Positions 52,914 to 59,584 of a stretch of DNA of 59,584 nt are shown in pieces; positions within the stretch are counted from its first letter, which is position 1, and every line of letters starts with the position of its first letter. The DNA lies in IMG/VR virus record IMGVR_UViG_3300027754_000102, positions 1 through 59,584 of that record, one strand, 5' to 3'. The DNA is from a virus. Lineage: Duplodnaviria; Caudoviricetes. The translations under genes were made by a program, and so were the position numbers. The notes under the pieces were generated by a model. It was given only the letters and a program-made list of their open reading frames with translations, had not been told where the DNA came from and did no database searches.

Positions 52914-54952
52914 TGGCAGGCGGAACGCAAACCGACGCCGACATTATTGACGGTTCGGCGTTCGGCGGCGCAAAGTCTTTGGCAGGATTTTCGGGCACTG
53001 CCACCGGCTCCGCCACGGGCCAACCCAACGGGCCCGAACTGTCGACCTTGGCTGTCGACCCGATCGAGGGCGGCGCGGCCGTTGGCGTGGTCATCATCCC
53101 GCCCACCGCTTGGCCGGCTGCCCCGATCACAGCGCCTACGGCCATTGGTGGCGGCGGGGCTGTTCCAACCCCGATTTTTTGGAACCCTGCCCTGCTATTC
53201 CCACCAGGCGGCAACGTCATTGGTGGCGGCGGTGCTGCTCCCGTTGGCCCCCCGCAGGTGCCAGTTCAGCCACCCGCAGCCGTAGGTGGTGGCGGCGCCA
53301 TTCCAGCGCCAGTTGCGCTAGACCCAGTCGGCATCAATCTTCCTGTCGGCGTCGCCATTGGTGGCGGTGGCGCCGTTCCTATCGGTCCCCCGCAGGTGCC
53401 AGTTCAGCCACCAGGCGCCGTAGGCGGTGGCGGGGCTGTTATTTCGCCGATCGCTATCGACCCCGTGCCAGCCTCCCCGCCCACTGGCGGCGCCATAGGC
53501 ACCGATCCGACGATCATCCCGCTGCCGATACCGGCCACGCCAGTCTCGCCACCTACGGGCACTGGCGGCGGCGGCGGTACTATCAGTCCGGTCAGCCCCG
53601 CGGGCCCTGTCACGACTGCACCAGGCGGTGGTGCTGTTGGTGGCGGTGGTGCCACGCCAACCGGCCCTGCGCAGGTCCCGGTCACAGAGCCCACTGGCAC
53701 CGGCACGGGAACAGTGGTCACGTCGCCGACCCTGCCCCCTGTCCCAGTCACGGCGCCTACTGGCACGGCCGTCGGTGGCAACGCGTCGACAGGCATCACC
53801 GAGCCAATTCAGGCGCCAACCGTGTCGGCACCGACGGCGACGGTCACGACTGGCGTGAACGTGCCCAGCGCCACTGTCATCCCGTCGATCAACCCGGCGC
53901 CCATGGAGGGCGGAGCCACAGGCGTGAGCGGCGGAACGACGACGAAAACCCTGCCCTGTGGCTGCTGTTTTTCCTGCAAGTGCGGCCCGTACCCGACCGA
54001 CGGCCCCTACTGGTTCCGCTGGTTCGGCGCCAACTTGGTGGGCGAGGCCGACGGCGATTGCCCTGGCGCCGGCGACACGTCCGTGCCGGAAAACCTGACG
54101 GTCAAGTTCACCTTTAGCATGCCGGCGACCTATGGCTACCAGTACGTGCTGGAATTTGAAAACTACAACGCAACTGGCCCGTGGCCATTTGGCGTCGTCG
54201 GGCGTTACGCTGTTTCGGGCACCGTGGCTAGCACGCCCGCGGGCGGTCCGTCGGTCACCCTGTCCGGTTCGCATCTGTACCTTGTGCTCTACAAGGAATA
54301 CTTTCAGAACAGCCGGTCGGCCCTGATTCTGTCCGACCTGACCAACTCGTGGACGCCGGGAGCGTTCAACAGCTACGAGACAACCTGGACCATTTCAGGC
54401 ACCGCCTACAAACTGACCACCGCCTACCCTCCGTTGAGTTTTTTTAGCGCCCCGCGCATCCGCACACGCGTGATTGGCTCGCAGTGCTGCCCGTTCTATC
54501 ACGTCATGGGCGGATCAGACGGTTTAACCAGCGACCGATTTGGCTACAACGTCTCAACCAGTTCAGGCGGCTACTACAGCGCCTCTTGGGAGGTTCGCCG
54601 TGTCGAAAATTGCACCTACTGGTGCGTTGGCGGGTTGTGCGTCCGCAGCACGACCGAGCCTGCGGGCGCCACTGGCGGGCCTTGGACTAGCCCCTACGAA
54701 TGTTCGGCCAACTGCGCACCTGCCCAGATGGCTAATCCGACCACCACCACAGCCCAGGCCCTCATCCAGCAGTCCAAAACCTGCCTCGCCCTGCCCTGCG
54801 TCCACCGCGGCGAGCCATTGGAGGCATCTGCGTCCTGCGGCTGCGGCGGCGCCGTGCTGACCGAGTGCGCCGTCTACGGCCAGTGTCGCCCCTACGGTAC
54901 CGCTACCGATGCGCAGGTCTGCACACGCTGCCCAGATTACGCAGCCCCGTAA
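52913..54952 (+). CDS. Pro/Gly/Thr-repeat plus Cys-rich putative tip/receptor-binding protein
   Basis: Repeats 'A[IV]GGGGA.P..P..VPV.PP', 'CGCCFSC', C-terminal Cys-rich domain. Confidence 0.6.
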   Translation: MAGGTQTDADIIDGSAFGGAKSLAGFSGTATGSATGQPNGPELSTLAVDPIEGGAAVGVVIIPPTAWPAAPITAPTAIGGGGAVPTPIFWNPALLFPPGGNVIGGGGAAPVGPPQVPVQPPAAVGGGGAIPAPVALDPVGINLPVGVAIGGGGAVPIGPPQVPVQPPGAVGGGGAVISPIAIDPVPASPPTGGAIGTDPTIIPLPIPATPVSPPTGTGGGGGTISPVSPAGPVTTAPGGGAVGGGGATPTGPAQVPVTEPTGTGTGTVVTSPTLPPVPVTAPTGTAVGGNASTGITEPIQAPTVSAPTATVTTGVNVPSATVIPSINPAPMEGGATGVSGGTTTKTLPCGCCFSCKCGPYPTDGPYWFRWFGANLVGEADGDCPGAGDTSVPENLTVKFTFSMPATYGYQYVLEFENYNATGPWPFGVVGRYAVSGTVASTPAGGPSVTLSGSHLYLVLYKEYFQNSRSALILSDLTNSWTPGAFNSYETTWTISGTAYKLTTAYPPLSFFSAPRIRTRVIGSQCCPFYHVMGGSDGLTSDRFGYNVSTSSGGYYSASWEVRRVENCTYWCVGGLCVRSTTEPAGATGGPWTSPYECSANCAPAQMANPTTTTAQALIQQSKTCLALPCVHRGEPLEASASCGCGGAVLTECAVYGQCRPYGTATDAQVCTRCPDYAAP

Positions 54953-54954
54953 AG

Positions 54955-54963
54955 GTCATTTAT
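54955..54963 (+). promoter_or_regulatory. Module B GTCATTTA motif before putative lysis cassette
   Basis: GTCATTTAT, then AGGAGG and ATG 54980. Confidence 0.6.
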
Positions 54964-54979
54964 AAAGCAGGAGGCCCCG

Positions 54980-55684
54980 ATGCTAACCCTGCTGCTGCTC
55001 GTCCTGTCCCAAGACATCAAGCTCCCCGCCGAGGTCACCGCTCAGCCTGGCACCTTTGTGTCCCTGGTCGCCGAGACCAAGGGCGAAACCGTCAAATTCA
55101 CCGCCATCGACCCGGGCGTCTCCCTGTTCCCTGCTGAACTGCTCGCCAATAAAAAATCCACCGTGGCCGTCGCCATGTCCGCGGGCCGCTACCGGGTGCT
55201 TGTCTGGTCAGCGATTGACGGCAAGCCCACCGACGCCGTGCAGGTCACTCTGGTGGTCGGCAATGCCCCGGGACCGGTTCCACCATCACCACCGGCGCCA
55301 CCACCTCCGGCACCACCACCAGTACCACCCACGCCACCCGCCCCGGTCGATGACCTGGCGCAGATCCTCGCCGCCCTTTACGGCGCCTTGAACGAGGACG
55401 GCAAGGCCGCCCACGTCAAGGCATTGGCTGGTGTTTTTCGTGAGGCCGGCGTGGCCTCTAACGACAACCGATACCAGACGGTTGGCCAACTGTTCGGGGC
55501 CATTCGCCAGCAGTCCTTGCAGGCCCTGCCCAACACCGCCCTAACGTCCATGCGCGAGCGCCTTGGGCTGGTTCTAACCCAAGCTCTTGGCAACGACCCC
55601 GCGGCCCCGCTGACGCCCAGCAGCCGGGCCAAGGCCTTTGAGACGTTCAGCCGGATTGCCAGCATCCTGGAGGCCCTGCGATGA
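54980..55684 (+). CDS. Exported protein with Pro-rich linker
   Basis: Homologue of 13407-14078 ('DIK.P.EV', 'G.YR', 'ALG.DPAA.L'). Confidence 0.6.
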   Translation: MLTLLLLVLSQDIKLPAEVTAQPGTFVSLVAETKGETVKFTAIDPGVSLFPAELLANKKSTVAVAMSAGRYRVLVWSAIDGKPTDAVQVTLVVGNAPGPVPPSPPAPPPPAPPPVPPTPPAPVDDLAQILAALYGALNEDGKAAHVKALAGVFREAGVASNDNRYQTVGQLFGAIRQQSLQALPNTALTSMRERLGLVLTQALGNDPAAPLTPSSRAKAFETFSRIASILEALR

Positions 55685-56577
55685 GCGAATACGCAGCAGG
55701 CTGGATAGATGACCCCGCCGAGGTCGAGATCGTGGCGGGCCAACAGCCCTACTACACGTTCAGCGAAACCCCGGCCGGCGCCACAGCGACAGGCACTGAC
55801 CATGCCTACCTGTGGCTGGCCTACGAGCTGGCCACCGGCAAAAAATATCCTAACCGTGATCAGGGTAGCTACGGCACCTGTGTCTCGTTCGGGACTGCGG
55901 CGGCAGTCGAGGTCAGCCAGGCATGCGAGTCTATCGCCGGCGACCCCGAAGAGGTCCGAGACCTCGCCACCGAAATAATCTACGCTGGCAGCCGGGTCGA
56001 AATCGGCGGCGGCCGGTTTCGTTCCGACGGGTCAATCGGCGCATGGGCCGCCGACTGGGTAAAAAAATATGGTGTGCTGGACCGGGCCATCTTCGGCAAC
56101 GGCAAGTACGACCTCCGCGTCTACTCAGGCGCCAAGGCCCGCCAGTGGGGCGCACCAGGTGCCGGCGTGCCGGATGACCTGGAGCCTGAGGCGCGCAAGT
56201 ACCCCGTCAAGACGATCACCAAGGTGACGACGTTCGACGACGCTTGCAAGGCCCTGACTGCCGGCTACGGCATTTCAGTTTCCAGTTCGGTCGGCTTTCA
56301 AATGGCCCGCGATCAGGACGGATTTTGTAAGGCCGGCCCGCGGTGGGACCACTGCATGGCCATTCTCGGTTTTCAGCTCGGCAAGCGCCCCGGCGGCTTC
56401 ATCCAAAACAGTTGGGGCCCGAGCGCCCACACCGGGCCACTAGGCGCAGGCGACCCGCCGACGGGTGGATTCTGGGCCGACGCTGAAGCGGTCGAAAAAA
56501 TGCTAAAGGCTGGCGATTCTTGGGCGTTTTCATCCGTGGTCGGATTCCCGGCCCGGACCATCCCGTGGTTTATCTGA
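55681..56577 (+). CDS. Papain-like (C1-family) cysteine peptidase
   Basis: 'DQGSYGTCVSFG', 'DHCM', 'QNSWG'; homologue of 14083-14982. Confidence 0.88.
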   Translation: MSEYAAGWIDDPAEVEIVAGQQPYYTFSETPAGATATGTDHAYLWLAYELATGKKYPNRDQGSYGTCVSFGTAAAVEVSQACESIAGDPEEVRDLATEIIYAGSRVEIGGGRFRSDGSIGAWAADWVKKYGVLDRAIFGNGKYDLRVYSGAKARQWGAPGAGVPDDLEPEARKYPVKTITKVTTFDDACKALTAGYGISVSSSVGFQMARDQDGFCKAGPRWDHCMAILGFQLGKRPGGFIQNSWGPSAHTGPLGAGDPPTGGFWADAEAVEKMLKAGDSWAFSSVVGFPARTIPWFI

Positions 56578-56587
56578 GGTCCTCAAA

Positions 56588-56905
56588 ATGGCACTACCTC
56601 CCTACCCGACCGACTTCCCCTCCGAGGCCTTTTTACTGGTGCTCGACAAGGCCCGCGGCCGTAACGACGTCACCGGGGCTGACCTGGCGCACGCTGGCTG
56701 GTGCGTCGCAGGCTACGCCCTGCAGCAGACCCTTGGCGGTGGGCCGACCATCCGCGGGGCCGAAAACCTGGAGCAGGCCGGATGGAGTGACGAGCAGGTA
56801 ATTCAGGGCGCCATCGACGCCAACGACGGCGCCAAGGGCATGCTGTTCCCCTGGGTGCTCGTGATCCGTGTCGCCGTGAAGCTAATCCTGGAGGCCGTCC
56901 TCTAA
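56588..56905 (+). CDS. Hypothetical protein with hydrophobic C-terminus
   Basis: Present only in the module B cassette, between peptidase and holin-like gene. Confidence 0.6.
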   Translation: MALPPYPTDFPSEAFLLVLDKARGRNDVTGADLAHAGWCVAGYALQQTLGGGPTIRGAENLEQAGWSDEQVIQGAIDANDGAKGMLFPWVLVIRVAVKLILEAVL

Positions 56906-57177
56906 TGGACCCGCTACAATTCGCCCGCGAGTTTGGCCTGCCCACGATGGCCCTCGTCGTCACCGGCTACGGCATCTGGCAGGTCTGCGCATGGATTGCC
57001 AAAGAGTTAATCGTGCCCCTGCGGGATCGCCATTTTGCGTTTTTGCTGAGTATCGAGCAGACGCTTAAAGCGCTGCAGGAGACGCAGCAAAGCATCGTGA
57101 AAACTCAGGAAAACATGGTTTCTGAAATCGAACGGGTCAGCAGTTTGATCCGTTGCACTGCCACCACCAAGGAGTAA
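56905..57177 (+). CDS. Putative holin-like membrane protein
   Basis: 'QF.REFGLPTM.L.V.GY..WQ.C.WIA.ELIVPLRDRHFAFL' shared with 14991-15251. Confidence 0.55.
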   Translation: MDPLQFAREFGLPTMALVVTGYGIWQVCAWIAKELIVPLRDRHFAFLLSIEQTLKALQETQQSIVKTQENMVSEIERVSSLIRCTATTKE

Positions 57178-57183
57178 TGACCA

Positions 57184-57603
57184 ATGGCTTCTCTTGTTTA
57201 CAATTCGTGCATCCGCGACGCTGTCGTCGGCAATATTGATTTTGACACCGACACCTTCAAGGCCATGCTGGTCACGTCGACCTACTCGGCCAGCAAAAGC
57301 CACGCAAAACGCTCGCCTGACATCACTAACGAGGTGACTGGCACCGGCTACACAGCGGGCGGTAATGCTTGCTCGGTATCCGTGGCCGCCGTCGACAACA
57401 CCAACAACGATGTTGAAATCTCGTTCACAATCACATCGTGGACCAGCGCCACGATCACCGCCCGGGCCGCCGTCATCTACAAGTCCACCGGGACTGCTTC
57501 GGCTGATCCGCTCGTTGGCTACGTCGATTTTGGTTCGGACGTATCAAGTACCAACGGCACGTTTGCGGTGACTGTGAGCAGCCCATTGAAATTCCAAAAC
57601 TAG
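57184..57603 (+). CDS. Virion fibre-module protein (MASLVYNS family), single copy in B
   Basis: Close homologue of 15679-16098. Confidence 0.7.
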   Translation: MASLVYNSCIRDAVVGNIDFDTDTFKAMLVTSTYSASKSHAKRSPDITNEVTGTGYTAGGNACSVSVAAVDNTNNDVEISFTITSWTSATITARAAVIYKSTGTASADPLVGYVDFGSDVSSTNGTFAVTVSSPLKFQN

Positions 57604-57612
57604 GAATAACCC

Positions 57613-59421
57613 ATGGCGCTCATTCGAGCCGACCGCGTGAAGGAATCCAGCACCAGCACCGGCACGGGGGCATTCACCCTAGCCGGTGCTGATTCTACCT
57701 ACCGGACCTTTGCGTCAGTGTGTGCTGTGGCCGACACGGTTTACTATGCGATCGCGCACAGGACTGCAAATGAATGGGAAGTTGGACTTGGCACCTATAG
57801 CGCCACCAACACGCTGACCAGGACAACGGTTCACGCAAGCAGCAACGCCAACGCGGCTGTGGCATTCAGCACCGGCACTAAAGACGTGCTGCTGGCGCTC
57901 ACGAAAACCCAACTGGAAACATATGCAAGCCTGACTGGCACCGAAACCCTGACCAATAAAACCATCAACGCCAGCAACAACACTATCACCAACGTCTCGC
58001 TAACCTCTGGAGTGACAGGCACCCTGCCACTTGCCAACGGTGGTACTGGTGCAACTACCGCAGTTACTGGAGCGGTTAATCTAATCAAATCTGCGCCTAA
58101 TGATGGTGCTGAGTACACGCTAAAGAGCAAGCAAATTAGCGGTGCGCCATCGTTCTACTGGGTCGATTCGACTGGTTACGCTCCGACATTGGATTTGTTG
58201 TTTGCTGCTGATAAATCACTTACGGCGTATACTGGGCCGACTCCTTCATATAGTCGAGCAAGCACGGGTACTTATCTTAATGCGTCTGGCATACTAACAA
58301 CAGCAGCAGTAAACGCACCACGCTTCGACCATGTATACAGCGCAACAAGCTGGGCGAGTAAAGGGCTGTTGGTCGAGGAGCAGAGGACGAATAGCGTTTT
58401 CTATTCAGAGCAGTTTAACTTGTGGGCAAAATCAAGATGCAATGTCACAGCTAATTCAATTACAGCTCCTGACGGAAACACCACAGCCGACTTATTGACA
58501 ACATCTATTTCAGATGCCGTCAATGAAGCATATGTATATTCAAACAATGCACCATCTGGCCAGACTACTGTGTCTTGCAGCATTTTTGTTAAAAAAGGTA
58601 ATTGCGATTATTTAAGGCTACAGATTTATGATTCAGCATTTTCAAATGGTGTTATTTCAAAAGTCAACATCAGCACCGGAGCAATAATTTCGACAAGCTC
58701 AATAGGCACAGGTTGGTCTGTGACTTCAGCAGATATTTCCAACTATGGATCTGGATGGTATCGAGTTACGCTAAACGCCAGCAAGCCATCTGGAAGCACG
58801 ACAAGTATTTTATTTAGCTATTCATCGCTGGTGGCAGTAAATGCGGTTTTAGGCGATACTGTTTACCTATGGGGAGCCCAGATTGAAACCGGATCATCAT
58901 TCCCTACAAGCTACATTCCAACCACCACAGCAGCGGTGACAAGGTCAGCAGATGTTTGTCAGATTACTGGGACGGATTTTAGTGGGTTTTGGTATGCGAG
59001 TGAGGGAAGTTTAGTGGTTCAATATGATCGCCTTAATGTTCCCACTTCAAACGGTGTTCTTTTTGCAGCCTCGAAAGTTTCATCACCCTTACAGAACCTA
59101 ATTTACAATTTTGCAAGTAGTGGGAATGAAAACCTTTCAGTTTACAACGCCAACATTGATCAAGCCACATTTGCTATAGGATCTATTCCTTCAGCTGGCA
59201 CATCTGCAAAAATTGGATTCTGTTACAAGGTTAACGATTTCGCTGGAACACTAAATGGTTCTGCTGTGGTCACGGATACTTCAGGTTCTGTTACGGCTGT
59301 AGAGCAAATTGGTATCGGTTACATTCACGGCACTACAGCAAATTACAACGGCCACATCTCCCGACTGAGCTACTACCCAGTCCGCATCCCAAACGCCACC
59401 CTACAGGTACTATCAACATGA
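57613..59421 (+). CDS. Tail fibre / receptor-binding protein (copy 2)
   Basis: 602 aa; near-identical to 16108-17916. Confidence 0.85.
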   Translation: MALIRADRVKESSTSTGTGAFTLAGADSTYRTFASVCAVADTVYYAIAHRTANEWEVGLGTYSATNTLTRTTVHASSNANAAVAFSTGTKDVLLALTKTQLETYASLTGTETLTNKTINASNNTITNVSLTSGVTGTLPLANGGTGATTAVTGAVNLIKSAPNDGAEYTLKSKQISGAPSFYWVDSTGYAPTLDLLFAADKSLTAYTGPTPSYSRASTGTYLNASGILTTAAVNAPRFDHVYSATSWASKGLLVEEQRTNSVFYSEQFNLWAKSRCNVTANSITAPDGNTTADLLTTSISDAVNEAYVYSNNAPSGQTTVSCSIFVKKGNCDYLRLQIYDSAFSNGVISKVNISTGAIISTSSIGTGWSVTSADISNYGSGWYRVTLNASKPSGSTTSILFSYSSLVAVNAVLGDTVYLWGAQIETGSSFPTSYIPTTTAAVTRSADVCQITGTDFSGFWYASEGSLVVQYDRLNVPTSNGVLFAASKVSSPLQNLIYNFASSGNENLSVYNANIDQATFAIGSIPSAGTSAKIGFCYKVNDFAGTLNGSAVVTDTSGSVTAVEQIGIGYIHGTTANYNGHISRLSYYPVRIPNATLQVLST

Positions 59422-59584
59422 TCGACCTACTTCTAAAGTTCCAATCGCAAGAGCAGGCTGGTCTAATCGGAGAGCAACTTGGCTACACTACCCGTGATCC
59501 TGAAACGGGTGAGTTTCAAACAACGCAAGCCACATTGACGCTAGCAATCTGCGTAATAGGTGTGCATTACTATCCAGACGGAAC
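59418..59584 (+). CDS. Tail fibre assembly protein, truncated by window edge
   Basis: Identical to 17913-18079. Confidence 0.7.
   Translation, partial: MIDLLLKFQSQEQAGLIGEQLGYTTRDPETGEFQTTQATLTLAICVIGVHYYPDG

Larger units (their letters stand above)
57613..59584 (+). repeat. Long direct repeat, copy 2 (runs to window end)
   Basis: Matches 16108-18079. Confidence 0.95.

Noticed and set aside
16108-59421. Diversity-generating retroelement (fibre copies as TR/VR)
   Set aside because: No reverse transcriptase seen; mismatches are not adenine-specific; the C-termini are identical; both copies are full genes.

Overview
The window is entirely tailed-phage DNA. It holds two complete, mutually divergent siphovirus-type head-tail gene sets in tandem on the + strand. 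Module A (1 to ~18 kb) is HK97-like: terS, terL, portal, prohead protease, major capsid, neck, two tail-tube-like genes, frameshifted tail chaperones, short tape measure, tip genes, papain-like protease/holin cassette and tail fibre. It has no replication or integration genes in this window. Module B (~18.1 to 59.6 kb, visibly more GC-rich) looks like a whole temperate phage: tyrosine integrase beside a tRNA-Pro(CGG) 3' half (attP), excisionase, immunity-like region, CsrA, Sak4/SSB recombination genes, an initiator with internal iterons, two sigma-like factors, a TGT/DpdA-like plus PAPS-reductase-like pair, RusA, a different terminase/portal/capsid set, tail genes, a homologous protease/holin cassette and a tail fibre. 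The two fibre genes form a direct repeat 41,505 bp apart that appears identical over its last ~940 bp, and the window ends inside the second copy. The contig is therefore either an assembly chimera of two co-occurring phages that recently exchanged a fibre, or a real cointegrate; sequence alone cannot decide. Each module carries its own repeated late-promoter-like motif in front of equivalent operons. A Planctomycetota host is an inference from gene-family resemblance only. All calls were made by eye from motifs and synteny; no database searches were run.
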